This document shows, one piece after another, positions 46,274-58,213 of a stretch of 59,088 nucleotides of DNA. The DNA is from Elainellaceae cyanobacterium (lineage in GTDB: Bacteria > Cyanobacteriota > Cyanobacteriia > CAKZMO01), in assembly GCA_050331615.1 (NCBI GenBank), contig JBHJGR010000073.1:1-59088 (forward strand). The letters are read 5' to 3'. The notes under the pieces were generated by a model, which worked only from the letters and a program-made list of their open reading frames with translations, was not told the DNA's origin and made no database searches. The number at the start of each line of letters is the position of its first letter. The first letter of the stretch is position 1. A program made the translations under genes and the position numbers.

Positions 46274-48796
46274 ATGAATTCGTTGAAAGTCCTAGCATCT
46301 GCTGGATTACTGCTAGCGATCGCATCATCCCACCGGGTCGCGTCTGCTCAAACCACCGATTCAGCACAGATAGAGCCTACCGGCTCCGCTGCCGACCTGC
46401 TCATTCCTGCCCGCGCTGGCGTAGGGCATACTAGCTCTGGGGCTGGCTTTGACGGCACCACCCGGTTTGAAGGCTTTATCCCCCTGCGCCAGAGCCCCGG
46501 ACGAAATATTACTTTTTTTGAACCCCGCTTTTTACTAGATAACGACGGCCAAATTGGCGGTAACCTACTGTTCGGCCATCGGGCCTATGGCCGGAAGCGC
46601 GATCGCATCTGGGGTGGATACCTGTCCCTGGATAACCGCGAAACCGACGAGAGCGACGACTTCTACCAGCTGGGTTTGGGGTTCGAAACCCTGGGCAATC
46701 TATGGGACTTCCGCGTCAACGGCTACGTTCCCCTAGGTGACACCAGTCAAATCGTCGAAGAAGAGCTGCTCTCCAGCACCCGTAGCGGCATTTCCACGGG
46801 GTTTGAGGGCAATCTCTTGGTGCTATCCAGCCGGGAAGAGCGGCGCATTCGCCAGGTCCAGGAGATCGCCCTATCCGGGTTCGATGCTGAGGTTGGCGTC
46901 AAAGTTCTAGACTGGAACGATGGCGATGGTGACCTCAGAGGCCAGGCTGGGCTTTACTTCTACGACGCTGAGGACGTAGATAGCACCGTGGGCTGGCGCG
47001 TCGGTCTGGAGGTGCGCCCAGTCCAGAACATCGTGCTGGGGGTCACCGTGCAGGAAGACGACCTGTTTGGGACCAACGTGATTGGGTCCGTCACCCTCAC
47101 CTTTCCTCGTGTTCGCCCCCGAGGCCCCGTACCCGAAGATATCGAGCTGGTGGCTCGCCTGGGAGAACCTGTGCGGCGCGTCCCCAGCATTGCCATCGAG
47201 ACGCAGGAAGACATCGAAATCGAAGTGGATGAGGTTGAAATGCCCCTCATGAACCCCGAAGAGGAGCAGCCCTACCGCTTTATTCACGTGGCGCTGGGTC
47301 AGGGGAACGGAGACGGCACCTTCGAGAATCCCTTTGGCACCGTCGAAGATGCCCTGGATGCCACCGTCTCTGACGGCAACGATATTGTCTACGTAGATGC
47401 GGGCAGCAATCCCGACATCCCGGCGTTTACCATTCCCGATCGCGTCCGCGTGCTGTCTCAAGGTCCCGAGCAGCTACTGGCGGGGCTACCCTTCCCTGGA
47501 TTTCCGGAAGCACCGGCCCGGCTGCCCTTCTCCCCCGTGATCAATTTCGACGACGGCATTCTGGTGCGGTTGCCCCTATCTGACGACGGCAATTTCCCCA
47601 TCATCCGCGACCCGTCCGCTTCTGACCTGGTGACGATGGGCGATCGCACCGTCCTGTCTGGATTCCGCCTTGAAGACGCTCCCAACAACGCCGTCGCCGC
47701 CCGGAGCGTCGAGGACGTAGAAATTCGGGACAACACCATCACGGGTGCTGGCGATCGCGGCATATTCTTGAGCAATGTCTCCGGTAGCGTCGTGCTCTTC
47801 GATAACTCGATTACCAATGTTCAGGGTGGGGCCGATGCGGGGCAAGGAATTTTGATCAGCAACACCACCAGCGAGGCGGTGGAGGTGACCATCGAACGCC
47901 ACGCCATTAGCGATACCCGCGTCGGCATCGAGCTTGATGTCACGGGCGATCCAGCCCAGGGCACCAATCCTTCCCAGATTGTGGAGATCCGCGATACCGA
48001 CATTGCCACCAGTCAGGACGAGGGTTTCCTGATCGAGGCCATCGATCTGGGTAATCAGCAGGTGACCTTTACGGAGGGCAGTATCCTCAATAGCGGAGCT
48101 GAGGGGGTCTTTGTCCGCGCCCTTAACGTCGGCTCTCAGGAAATTACCATCGAAGACAGCACCATCGCCAACAGTGGCGGGTCGGGCATTCGCGTGATTG
48201 GCGGCGTCCCCAACGGCACCTCGACAGCAGCCCAGGAAGTCTTCATCAACCGCAACCTGATTGAGTTTAACCAGGGCGCAGGGATTGATATCGAGGCGAA
48301 TGAGGTGGTGGCTCAGGAATTTGCCATTGGTGACAATATTATTCAAAATAACGCGGCGGAAGGGATTCGGGCGATCGCCCGCAACGTCGCCTTCCAGGAG
48401 TACGTCACTGACCCCACTAATGACTCCCTCGGTATCAGTGGCAATATTATTCGCAATAATGGAGCCCAGGGCATCAATCTAGATGCCACCGATACCGCCA
48501 CGCTGGTTGCCGATATTCAGAACAATACCCTGTCGGGCAATGTCACCAACGGCGGTCCTGATTTGGAAGTGACCACCAACGCTAACACCAACGATGCCTG
48601 TACGTTTATCAGTGGCAACACCAGCGCCACCGGCATTCAGTTGGTGAATAACCCGACCGGCATCGCGTCCTTCTTTGAAGTGGTGGATTTGCCCAATATT
48701 TTCAGCCTGAATACCGGTACCGTGACTCTATTGCCCGATATTTCGGCCTTCACCAACGTTCCGGCTGGAGATACGGCGCTGTCGTGCTTTAATTAG
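46274..48796 (+). CDS. outer-membrane inverse-autotransporter-like protein: signal peptide, intimin/invasin-type beta-barrel-like domain, right-handed parallel beta-helix passenger
   Basis: The signal peptide is MNSLKVLASAGLLLAIASSHRVASAQ. FIPL..ITFFEPRFLLDNDGQIGGNLLFGHRAY...IWGGYLSLDNRE...FYQLGLGFETLGNLWDFRVNGYVPLG...GFDAEVGVKV resembles the IAT beta domain. The C-terminal half has repeated NN.I..N.G.GI beta-helix rungs. Confidence 0.65.
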   Translation: MNSLKVLASAGLLLAIASSHRVASAQTTDSAQIEPTGSAADLLIPARAGVGHTSSGAGFDGTTRFEGFIPLRQSPGRNITFFEPRFLLDNDGQIGGNLLFGHRAYGRKRDRIWGGYLSLDNRETDESDDFYQLGLGFETLGNLWDFRVNGYVPLGDTSQIVEEELLSSTRSGISTGFEGNLLVLSSREERRIRQVQEIALSGFDAEVGVKVLDWNDGDGDLRGQAGLYFYDAEDVDSTVGWRVGLEVRPVQNIVLGVTVQEDDLFGTNVIGSVTLTFPRVRPRGPVPEDIELVARLGEPVRRVPSIAIETQEDIEIEVDEVEMPLMNPEEEQPYRFIHVALGQGNGDGTFENPFGTVEDALDATVSDGNDIVYVDAGSNPDIPAFTIPDRVRVLSQGPEQLLAGLPFPGFPEAPARLPFSPVINFDDGILVRLPLSDDGNFPIIRDPSASDLVTMGDRTVLSGFRLEDAPNNAVAARSVEDVEIRDNTITGAGDRGIFLSNVSGSVVLFDNSITNVQGGADAGQGILISNTTSEAVEVTIERHAISDTRVGIELDVTGDPAQGTNPSQIVEIRDTDIATSQDEGFLIEAIDLGNQQVTFTEGSILNSGAEGVFVRALNVGSQEITIEDSTIANSGGSGIRVIGGVPNGTSTAAQEVFINRNLIEFNQGAGIDIEANEVVAQEFAIGDNIIQNNAAEGIRAIARNVAFQEYVTDPTNDSLGISGNIIRNNGAQGINLDATDTATLVADIQNNTLSGNVTNGGPDLEVTTNANTNDACTFISGNTSATGIQLVNNPTGIASFFEVVDLPNIFSLNTGTVTLLPDISAFTNVPAGDTALSCFN

Positions 48797-48802
48797 CGCT
48801 AG

Positions 48803-49043
48803 ATTAAAATTGCTCAAGCACTGAAGTGCTAAAGCACAGTTAATTCCAGCCCATTGGTCTGACAAGGCTAAGGTAGTGCATAAGGTAGTGCATTGGGCGA
48901 TCGCGTCAAACTTTTGGCCGGTGGGCATTGCCCACCCTACGTGATGCAATCTATCCCATCAAATTAGCCGTGTCAGATCACTGTGGGGTGTGCGCCCTCG
49001 GCGGGGGCGCACACCCCAAGAAAATAATTTTGTTTAACTACTT
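48803..49043 (+). repeat. composite REP-C element interrupted by ~130 bp
   Basis: The B-type arm ATTAAAATTGCTCAAGCACTGAAGTGCTAAAGCACAGTTAATT is at 48803-48845. The insert carries a TAAGGTAGTGCA x2 tandem and the GGTGGGCATTGCCCACCCTAC palindrome. The hairpin plus A arm GGGGTGTGCGCCCTCGGCGGGGGCGCACACCCCAAGAAAATAATTTTGTTTAACTACTT is at 48985-49043. Confidence 0.7.
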
Positions 49044-49063
49044 GAATGCATCGGAGTAGATGA

Positions 49064-49519
49064 ATGAACCAGTCGCCTGAGCATCTACCCAATCAATCGC
49101 TTGGGAATAGCTCACCTGAATCGATGACTGTAGACATGGCCCACGCGGTGCTCAAGCAGTTCGACTGCCCAACGCCAAATACTGCCCCCGACGCTACAGT
49201 TTCTAGGTCAGAGGTCCGGCAGGCCCTATTAGCCGTCAAGCATCGGTCGGACTACCAGATTTTTGGAGTCTGTGCCGAATCCATTGCTCAGGGATTAGCG
49301 GCGCTGCGGGATTACGCTAGTGCTCTCGGGTACAGGGTGCCCGACCAGCCGCTAGAGGTTAGTGGGCCAGCCTACATCAAGTTCAACGCCAAGAGTGGTT
49401 TGCTCTATGCGAACGGCTACGGCGGCGATAACCGAGGCGTACTGGTTTCCTGCCAGTCTGCTTACGAATCTGGTATCAACGAGATGTATGGCCCGCTGCC
49501 CCTAGACCTCTTTCAATGA
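49064..49519 (+). CDS. conserved-looking hypothetical protein (possibly DUF1824)
   Basis: A clean 151-aa ORF convergent with the atp operon. The family name is from memory only. Confidence 0.6.
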   Translation: MNQSPEHLPNQSLGNSSPESMTVDMAHAVLKQFDCPTPNTAPDATVSRSEVRQALLAVKHRSDYQIFGVCAESIAQGLAALRDYASALGYRVPDQPLEVSGPAYIKFNAKSGLLYANGYGGDNRGVLVSCQSAYESGINEMYGPLPLDLFQ

Positions 49520-49545
49520 GCAGGAGCGATCGCAGCCAAAAAGCT

Positions 49546-49576
49546 GCCGGGGATGGGCAATGACCCTGTCCCCGGC
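49546..49576. terminator. bidirectional intrinsic terminator between convergent genes
   Basis: CCAAAAAGCT-GCCGGGGA-tgggcaatgaccctg-TCCCCGGC-GCAGGTTTTCC. The stem is 8 bp and all G/C or A-T pairs. A T-run follows on both strands (CTTTTTGG on the minus strand). Confidence 0.5.
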
Positions 49577-49601
49577 GCAGGTTTTCCTCTTGACCCGATC
49601 G

Positions 49602-50552
49602 TTAGCCGAGGGCGTCGGCTCCAGCCACGACTTCGAGAATCTCTTGGGTAATGGCCGCCTGGCGCGCCTTGTTATAAACCAGCGAGAGATTAGAAATTAA
49701 TTCTTTCGCGTTGTCGCTGGCGTTGTTCATGGCCGTCATGCGAGCTGCCAATTCGCTGGCCGCTGCTTCCTGTAGTGCTCGCAGCAGCTGGTTGTTGAGG
49801 TAGAGCGGCAGCAGCGCGTCCAGAATTTGGACCGGATCCTGCTCAAAAATCATATCCTGCGGTAGCGATGCGGGAGTGGGTACCTCAACCCGCTGGCGTT
49901 CCACGTCAAGGCTACCTCCCCGGGTGGTAAGACGAAAGATCTCGTCGTCCACGGGCTCCAGCCCCTGGGGGTCAAGGGGCAGCAGGGTTTGAATCACTGG
50001 ACGAGAGCTAACCAGGGAGACAAACTTGGTATAAACCAGCTCGACCCGATCTACCGTTTCCGACAAAAAGAGGGAGAGCAGTTCATCTGCGATCATGGAC
50101 GCCTCTTCCGCCGTGGGAATTTGCTCCAGATTAGAGAAGGTAGCATCAATGGGCTGCTCCCGCCGCTGGAAATACTGAACCGCTTTGCGCCCAACCAGCA
50201 CATACTTATATTCCAGCCCGTCGGCAGCCAACTCTTTGGCCCGCATCTCCGCCCGCCGAATGACGTTAGTGTTGTAGCCGCCGCATAGACCGCGATCGCC
50301 CGTCACCACCAGCAGCGCCACCGACTGCACGTCCCGCTTCTTCAATAGGGGCAGATCAGCATCCTCGAACCGGAGCCGCGTTTGCAGACCGTAGAGCACC
50401 TGAGCCAGCCGATCGGCGAAGGGCCGGGTAGCCGTTACCTGCTCCTGGGCACGACGCACCTTGGCCGCCGCCACCAGCCGCATGGCCTCTGTAATCTTCT
50501 TTGTATTTTTGACTGACTTGATGCGATCGCGAATTGCTTTGAGATTTGCCAT
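49602..50552 (-). CDS. atpG: F0F1 ATP synthase subunit gamma (cyanobacterial atpC)
   Basis: [36 protein letters not shown]... and the C-terminal [16 protein letters not shown]. The 74 codons upstream of ATG 50552 in ORF 49602..50774 are intergenic/REP-C sequence. Confidence 0.95.
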   Translation of the reverse strand: MANLKAIRDRIKSVKNTKKITEAMRLVAAAKVRRAQEQVTATRPFADRLAQVLYGLQTRLRFEDADLPLLKKRDVQSVALLVVTGDRGLCGGYNTNVIRRAEMRAKELAADGLEYKYVLVGRKAVQYFQRREQPIDATFSNLEQIPTAEEASMIADELLSLFLSETVDRVELVYTKFVSLVSSRPVIQTLLPLDPQGLEPVDDEIFRLTTRGGSLDVERQRVEVPTPASLPQDMIFEQDPVQILDALLPLYLNNQLLRALQEAAASELAARMTAMNNASDNAKELISNLSLVYNKARQAAITQEILEVVAGADALG

Positions 50553-50706
50553 AGTACTTTGCCTCAATCGCCATGACCGGCCACCACCAGCAGCAGCGAA
50601 CTCAATAGGAGAACACGACTGCCAACAGTAACGACTAACTGAACTCCTGATGATGCTACAGCGCTTCGCGCTTCCAACGAAAAATCTGTACCTCATGCAC
50701 CTGAAA

Positions 50707-50801
50707 AGTGCTGTAAGTGCTGAAGCACAATGAATTATACCTGGGACGGTGTGCGCCCCCGCGGAGGCACACACCCCAAGAAAATAATTCTGTTTAACGA
50801 C

Positions 50802-50806
<5 letters not shown>
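50707..50806 (+). repeat. REP-C element inside the atp operon (atpA-gamma spacer)
   Basis: AGTGCTGTAAGTGCTGAAGCACAATGAATTA...GGTGTGCGCCCCCGCGGAGGCACACACCCCAAGAAAATAATTCTGTTTAACGACCTACT. The atpA stop codon (50802-50804) lies in its terminal CCTACT. Confidence 0.8.
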
Positions 50807-52325
<1,519 letters not shown>

Positions 52326-52399
52326 TTAGACTGATCTCCACTGGGCTACAAAAGGAAAGAGCTTGACTCGCTCAGAAGGTCATGAAACAAGGTTCGGGG

Positions 52400-52954
52400 C
52401 TATGCAGCAGTGAGCCGCAGACCAATGCGACGCAGCTGACCGCGCAGGCTGGCGTCGATCACCTGGGAGCCGATGCGGATAATGACACCACCTAGTAAAT
52501 CGCGATCCAGGTCGGTTTCTAGCTCAACCTGGCGCGCGCCCGTGATGCCGATAACCCGCTGACGCACCGCCTCCTGCTGCTCGTCGGTGAGCGGTACGGC
52601 TGAGGTTACCTGCGCCAACACGATTTGGTTCAGTTTGCGATAGCGCTCCTGAAACTGCTGGCAAACGTTCTCAAGGAGAATAATGCGCCCCTTGTCCACC
52701 AGCAGCATTAAAAAGTTGAGGGTGTAGGGATGCAGGCTGTCCTGAGCAATCTGCCGGAGCACGGTCTTTTTCGAATCTGCCTTAATCAAAGGATTGGCCA
52801 GAAAGTTTTGCAGATCGGGGGATTCCTGAAGCGCAGTCAGGAGCGATCGCACGCTTTCAGCTACCTGGTCGGTGATGTTATTTGAGGTAGCCACCGACAT
52901 GAGTGCCTCAGCGTAGGGCGCGGCGATTTCGGCGGCGGCGGTTTTACTTGTCAT
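52400..52954 (-). CDS. atpH: F0F1 ATP synthase subunit delta (cyanobacterial atpD)
   Basis: 184 aa at the OSCP/delta position between b and alpha. It contains IAAPYAEAL...[25 protein letters not shown]. The start overlaps the b stop (ATGA). Confidence 0.9.
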   Translation of the reverse strand: MTSKTAAAEIAAPYAEALMSVATSNNITDQVAESVRSLLTALQESPDLQNFLANPLIKADSKKTVLRQIAQDSLHPYTLNFLMLLVDKGRIILLENVCQQFQERYRKLNQIVLAQVTSAVPLTDEQQEAVRQRVIGITGARQVELETDLDRDLLGGVIIRIGSQVIDASLRGQLRRIGLRLTAA

Positions 52955-53514
52955 GATTGGCCTCCCATCATCTCGATGCTCCGGCTGATCAGCTGGTGCT
53001 GTCTGCCCTCATCTAGCTCTGAGCGCAAACGTTCTTCGGCTCGCTGCAGCGCCATTTCCGTAACCCGCTGCCGCAGCTCAGCGACGACCCGCTCCTGCTG
53101 GGACGTGGTGTCCTGGTCGGCTGCTGCCTTGATACGCTCAATGTCTTGCTCTGCTTGAGTCAGAATGGACTGGCGAGCCGTCTCGGCCCGGGTTTCCGCT
53201 TCCTTCACCAGGCGTGCCGCGTCAGACTGGGCCTGGGCCAGCCGCTGCTGCTGCTCTGCCAGTTTGGAGGCGGCATCCCGCTTGCGCTGCTCCGCCTCTT
53301 TGATCGCAGACTCAATTTGCGATCGCCGCTCTACCAGCGTGCTGCCTAGAAACTTCCGACCGAAATACACCAGCGCCGCAATAATAATAGCGAGGTTAAT
53401 TAAGTTGGTATCGAGTAAGTCAAAGTTTAGACCGAATCCACCTTCCTCCAGCCCTTCAGCGGCTAGAGCTCCGGCTTCAGCAGCCAGAAGTGAGAATGTT
53501 CCCATAATTGTCAC
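52951..53514 (-). CDS. atpF: F0F1 ATP synthase subunit b
   Basis: An N-terminal TM segment ([19 protein letters not shown]) plus a long charged coiled coil. The operon position supports the call. Confidence 0.9.
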   Translation of the reverse strand: MTIMGTFSLLAAEAGALAAEGLEEGGFGLNFDLLDTNLINLAIIIAALVYFGRKFLGSTLVERRSQIESAIKEAEQRKRDAASKLAEQQQRLAQAQSDAARLVKEAETRAETARQSILTQAEQDIERIKAAADQDTTSQQERVVAELRQRVTEMALQRAEERLRSELDEGRQHQLISRSIEMMGGQS

Positions 53515-53568
53515 TTGGTTCGCGATGGTTAACGAGGGGCGCTTGCCGATAGCCTGGGTGAGCGCTCA

Positions 53569-54045
53569 CTAACCCAGGACACGACTCAGGATACGGCTAC
53601 TCAGGTCATCAACCTGCTGCTCCAGCGCCTGCATGGCCTGCTGCTTCTGCGCGTCCAGCTCTTGCTGGGCCTGATCACGTCGGGTTTGGGCCTCACGCTG
53701 GGCCTCAGCAATCTTGCCTGCCGCCACTTTCTGCGCCTCCGCCTGGGCATTGGCGATGATTTCCTGGGTCTTGCGGCGCGAGTCGGCCAGCTCGTTTTCG
53801 TACTGCTGGGCCAGGTTCTGCGCCTTGGCCAGACGCTCCTGAGCATCGGCGATATTGTTGCGAACGTAGTCGTCCCGCTCGTCCAGAGCCCGACCGAGGG
53901 GCTTGTAGAAGAGGACGTTTAAGACGGCGACCAGAATGAGAAACTGAACGGCCATCAAAGGTAGGGTAGCGTCGAGGTCAAACAGCCCCCCCGGCTCTTC
54001 AAGAGCAGCGGCTTCAGCAGCTAATAGAATTGTCCAGTAAGTCAT
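53569..54045 (-). CDS. F0F1 ATP synthase subunit b' (cyanobacterial atpG)
   Basis: [32 protein letters not shown] plus a coiled coil, which is the typical b' pattern. Confidence 0.9.
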   Translation of the reverse strand: MTYWTILLAAEAAALEEPGGLFDLDATLPLMAVQFLILVAVLNVLFYKPLGRALDERDDYVRNNIADAQERLAKAQNLAQQYENELADSRRKTQEIIANAQAEAQKVAAGKIAEAQREAQTRRDQAQQELDAQKQQAMQALEQQVDDLSSRILSRVLG

Positions 54046-54152
54046 AAATCATTGGTTCCCACAGAGACGGGATCGACACGGATACAGCTCAGTTACTGAG
54101 GCGATGTAGCGCGGGTAGAGGTGCAGACCGCACGCCTACCCGACCCATTGAT

Positions 54153-54425
<273 letters not shown>

Positions 54426-54564
54426 CTAAACAAAGTGTATGTAACGAATCAGTCAACCAATCATGTCCAGGTTGATGGCATACCGGATGGGGGCGATCGC
54501 CCTCAGCAGACGCATCCCGTCCACCCAGCATGGCACAACCCAGCCGAGTCAGCACCCTAGCGTG

Positions 54565-55320
54565 CTACTCGTGCTCGCCTTCCCCATGCTCCTCTATTGC
54601 CTCGCCGATATAGGCAGCCGCCAGAGTTGCAAAGATCAGTGCCTGGATCGCACTCGTGAATAGACCCAGCACCATTAGCGGCAGCGGGACAAACAAGGGC
54701 ACCAGCAACACCAGAACCGCCACCACCAGCTCATCCGCCAGGATGTTTCCGAACAGACGGAAGCTCAGGGAGAGGGGCTTGGTGAAGTCCTCCAAAATCT
54801 TGAAGGGCAACATGATGGGCGCAGGCTCAACATAGTTCGCGAAGTAACCCAGCCCCTTCTTGCTAAATCCAGCGTAGAAATAAGCCAGAGAGGTGAGTAA
54901 CGCCAGCGCTACCGTTGTGTTGATGTCGCTGGTGGGAGCCGCCAGCTCACCGGACGGAATCTCAATCAACCGCCAGGGCAGGAGGGCACCCGACCAATTC
55001 GAAACAAAGATAAACAAGAACAATGTACCAACGAATGGTACCCAGGGGCGATACTCTTTTTCCCCAATTTGATTTTTTGCCAGATCGCGGATGAACTCCA
55101 GGGCATACTCCATGAAATTCTGCAACCCGGTGGGGATGCGCTGGGGGTTGCGGGAGGCCAGGAGGGTAACCACGATCAGGGCCGCAATCACGAACCAGGA
55201 CGTGAGGAACACCTGGCCATGCAGCTTGAGATTGCCAACTTGCCAGTAAAAATGCTGACCAACTTCCAGTTCGGCAAGGGGGAGTGCGTTAAACGTGTTC
55301 AATAAATTCACCACTTCCAT
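54565..55320 (-). CDS. atpB: F0F1 ATP synthase subunit a
   Basis: [16 protein letters not shown] (essential Arg motif), and a polytopic topology. Confidence 0.95.
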   Translation of the reverse strand: MEVVNLLNTFNALPLAELEVGQHFYWQVGNLKLHGQVFLTSWFVIAALIVVTLLASRNPQRIPTGLQNFMEYALEFIRDLAKNQIGEKEYRPWVPFVGTLFLFIFVSNWSGALLPWRLIEIPSGELAAPTSDINTTVALALLTSLAYFYAGFSKKGLGYFANYVEPAPIMLPFKILEDFTKPLSLSFRLFGNILADELVVAVLVLLVPLFVPLPLMVLGLFTSAIQALIFATLAAAYIGEAIEEHGEGEHE

Positions 55321-55387
55321 TTGGAAAATATCCCCAGAAGTTAATAAAAAGCAGGTCGAGGCTGGGCGTCGAAGTCAGGGTCGAACG

Positions 55388-55801
55388 TTATTCAGGAAAG
55401 ACTGCCGTACGCAGAACATAGATAATGAGCGCCGCCTTGTAAGTTAAAAAACCTAAAAAAATAGGCAGGATTTCTAGCTGATTCAGGCGAGATGCGATTA
55501 AAATAACCCCTACGAGAAGAGCCAGACGACTGTTGCCCAACCGCTGGCGCTGCCGCCCCAACTGTTCGACATGTCGGGCCAGCAGCTTCAAGTAGACGAT
55601 TCCGACGCAGGCCCCAATCAAATAGTTCAAAGCGGTGTTGAGGGAATAGAATAGCCAGACCGAAACAAAGATAACTCCGGCTAGGCCAAACGTAACCAGC
55701 AACAAATCGCGCTGAAGCTGACGATACTCCTGAATAGACGGGTCAGGGTCTAGAGACAGCTGACTCGCTGGTGGTGACTCTGCTGAATCAGCGGGGGACA
55801 T
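55388..55801 (-). CDS. ATP synthase protein I (atp1)
   Basis: A small hydrophobic protein directly upstream of subunit a. The start is uncertain: ATG 55801 (MSPADSAES...) or further upstream, up to 55927. Confidence 0.65.
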   Translation of the reverse strand: MSPADSAESPPASQLSLDPDPSIQEYRQLQRDLLLVTFGLAGVIFVSVWLFYSLNTALNYLIGACVGIVYLKLLARHVEQLGRQRQRLGNSRLALLVGVILIASRLNQLEILPIFLGFLTYKAALIIYVLRTAVFPE

Positions 55802-55968
55802 CACCGCATTGGCAGAAGAATCTGGAGTGGTTGGATCAATTTCAGGCGATCGCTCTGACGGAGATGAGGTCACAGGACAAAGGTGCCGTAAGGCAGACAG
55901 CAGTTTTCCTTGGCTGCGATGAGCCACAGCAGATCATAACACGCAAGGGGATCACACCTCAGTGCAGT

Positions 55969-57192
55969 TTAGGAGTTTTGTGGTGCCAGTAAAATCAGGT
56001 GGCGCTGCTGGAGCGATCGCACCTGATCCAGATCCAGGGGCGCTTGTTCGAGCATCTCCCTCACGGTGAGCGGTGGCTGGGCAGATGAGTTGCGATCGCA
56101 GGCGGTGAGAAAGGCAAACTCGGCGTCATCCAGCCGCATGATCTGATAGTCCATATTGAACACACACTGGCTGGGCCAGCCGTCGATGCAGGGGTTGAGG
56201 GTGGGGATCGCGGCTGTGAGCGCTGCTTCCGAGGACCAGTCAGCTCGGGGCAGGGGCGGTTTGCCCAGGAAAAACTCGTAGTAGGGGGTGCCTTCAGGGT
56301 CCAGCAGTTCAATCAGGCGGTAGCGCTGGCGATCGCCCAGTTCCCCGACCCGCTTCAGCAGCTCTGGCGCAGCTTCGATCAGCCGATCAATGCTCCAGTG
56401 CTGAGGATTGGAAAAGCCGATAAACTCCAGCCCGGAAGCATCGATCAGCTCAAACAGGGTGGGAATGCTGTAGTCAATCTCCTGGGGATGGACGTACATG
56501 TCGGCAAAGTTTTCATCCCGCTGATTTTCCATTGACCAGCGCTCCCGCTCCCGCCGCACCAGCCGGTTGTCGTGGGGCAGGGCCTCAAAGAGCTGCCGTC
56601 CGACCTTGACTCCGTCCTGGTAGTCTCCCCGGCGATCGCCCTGGAGTAGGGCAATGGCCTCCTGCATCAGGCGAATCTCCCAGCGCCCCAGCTCGCCATA
56701 GACAAAGACGTGCATCAGGCCGCCGGGAGCCAGCTTTTGGGCCAGGGCCTGGATGCCCCGGACGGGATCGGGCAGGTGGTGCAGCACGCCCACGCAGTTG
56801 ATCAGGTCAAACTCTCCCGGTAACTGATCCGCGTCATAGAGGGACTGGCGGTGAAACTCGACGCGGGTGGCTCTTGACCGCTGACAGCGCTCCTGGGCGA
56901 TCGCCAGCGCCTCTTCACTCAGGTCAATGCCCACCACCTGCGCCTGGGGATTGAGGTGCACCAAATACTCCGTGCCTACTCCGGTGCCGCAGCCCGCATC
57001 CAGAATGCGAACGGCTTCCCGATCGGGTCGCTGTCCCGTACAGAAGCCGTAGGCTGCCACCCAGTTCCAGCGCCAGTTGTAGCCCGGTGGCGGCTCGTCC
57101 AGAATCGGCTCCGGCGGGAAGGGATAGGTGTTGTAGAGCCTGGTCACCGCCGCACTGATGGCCTGGGGATCGGATGAGGGGGAGTTGGACAT
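55969..57192 (-). CDS. class I SAM-dependent methyltransferase with a C-terminal extension
   Basis: SAM motif I VRILDAGCGTGVGTEYL, then DLINCVGVLHHLPDP, and ~200 aa of additional C-terminal domain. Confidence 0.85.
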   Translation of the reverse strand: MSNSPSSDPQAISAAVTRLYNTYPFPPEPILDEPPPGYNWRWNWVAAYGFCTGQRPDREAVRILDAGCGTGVGTEYLVHLNPQAQVVGIDLSEEALAIAQERCQRSRATRVEFHRQSLYDADQLPGEFDLINCVGVLHHLPDPVRGIQALAQKLAPGGLMHVFVYGELGRWEIRLMQEAIALLQGDRRGDYQDGVKVGRQLFEALPHDNRLVRRERERWSMENQRDENFADMYVHPQEIDYSIPTLFELIDASGLEFIGFSNPQHWSIDRLIEAAPELLKRVGELGDRQRYRLIELLDPEGTPYYEFFLGKPPLPRADWSSEAALTAAIPTLNPCIDGWPSQCVFNMDYQIMRLDDAEFAFLTACDRNSSAQPPLTVREMLEQAPLDLDQVRSLQQRHLILLAPQNS

Positions 57193-57403
57193 GGAAAATC
57201 CTCGCGCAGCAGATCCGAGTGTAGCGTGTTGTGTTGGTGCTGCAACGCTTAGACAATTCTCAGACCTGCCTCAGCCCGTCGTCATGTCTGTTGGGCATTC
57301 TGGAAGACAAGTAACATTTGCGCATTGGATCCAGTCCATCTATTCGCAACCAGTTATTTTCAGCTTGTTTTCAACCACCCATATTTGTGGAAGGGAGTTT
57401 GTC

Positions 57404-57955
57404 ATGAATCGAGTATTGCTAGGCGGTCTGTCGGCGGTTGTGCTGGTTTTAGGAGCCTGCGGCAGAGGCGGCACCGTCTCCGAGGAAGCTGCTACTCCCC
57501 CAGCGGAGACCGAGATCACCGAGACCGAAGTTGCGGAAACCACCCCCGAAGCATCCCCACCGGAGACGCCCGCTGCGGAGGAGGGCGATGAGGAAATGGC
57601 GGCGGCGATCGCCATGGGCAGCTTTGTCTCCGGCGAACACCCCACCCAGGGCACCGCCCGGATTGTGGAGGAGAATGGCCAGCGCTTTGTAGAGCTGGGG
57701 GAAGATTTCAGCACCGATGAAGGCCCCGACCTGTTCGTTATCCTGCACCGCTCCAATGACGTCATCGGCACGACCGAGGCTCCGGCCCACAGCATCCAGG
57801 AGGGCGACTATGTGAATATAGCTCCCCTGGAGTCGGTGAGCGGCATGCAGCGCTACGCCATCCCCGCCGATATAAATGTGGCGGACTACCAGTCCGTGGC
57901 CATCTGGTGCAGACAGTTCAACGCCACCTTCGGTGCCGCCTCCCTGGCCAATTAG
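57404..57955 (+). CDS. DM13 domain lipoprotein
   Basis: The signal/lipobox is MNRVLLGGLSAVVLVLGAC. An acidic PE/T-rich linker follows. GSFVSGEHPTQGTARIVEENGQRFVELGEDFSTDEGPDLFVILH...WCRQFNATFGAA is the DM13 pattern. Confidence 0.8.
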   Translation: MNRVLLGGLSAVVLVLGACGRGGTVSEEAATPPAETEITETEVAETTPEASPPETPAAEEGDEEMAAAIAMGSFVSGEHPTQGTARIVEENGQRFVELGEDFSTDEGPDLFVILHRSNDVIGTTEAPAHSIQEGDYVNIAPLESVSGMQRYAIPADINVADYQSVAIWCRQFNATFGAASLAN

Positions 57956-57974
57956 TTAGGTCACCTGGCATGGA

Positions 57975-58150
57975 GGTTGCCCTTGCCCTCATCCCCCAAC
58001 CCCTTCTCCCGCTCTGGGAGAAGGGGAGCCGGAAAGCCTTGTCTTACCTCCCCCTCGCCCATTTTTGGGAGAGGGGGATTGAGGGGGTGAGGGCCAAGAT
58101 GTGTGTATGTAGTAGCCCGCTCTGGGAGAGGGATTTAGGGTGAGGGCTAT
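57975..58150. repeat. GEG-type hairpin repeats (CCCTTCTCCCGCTCTGGGAGAAGGGGAGC class)
   Basis: CCCTCATCCCCCAACCCCTTCTCCC-GCTCT-GGGAGAAGGGGAGC, then CCCCCTCGCCCATTTTTGGGAGAGGGGGATTGAGGGGGTGAGGGC, then GCTCTGGGAGAGGGATTTAGGGTGAGGGC. Confidence 0.75.
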
Positions 58151-58213
58151 AAGCTTTTGTCAGTCAATCAAGGATTTTGGACTTTCTGCCTTCTAAATTC
58201 TGTCTCCTGAATT

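Noticed and set aside
50553-50774. N-terminal extensions of track ORFs: gamma subunit (50553-50774), cobS (21749-21820), histidine phosphatase (24098-24367), DM13 (57158-57403), lipoprotein (30337-30411), Trypco2-like (36498-36554), pgi (14390-14446), adhesin (37112-37204) and inverse autotransporter (46199-46273).
   Set aside because: The extensions run through repeat elements or intergenic sequence. Conserved N-termini begin at internal ATGs, for example [11 protein letters not shown] for gamma.
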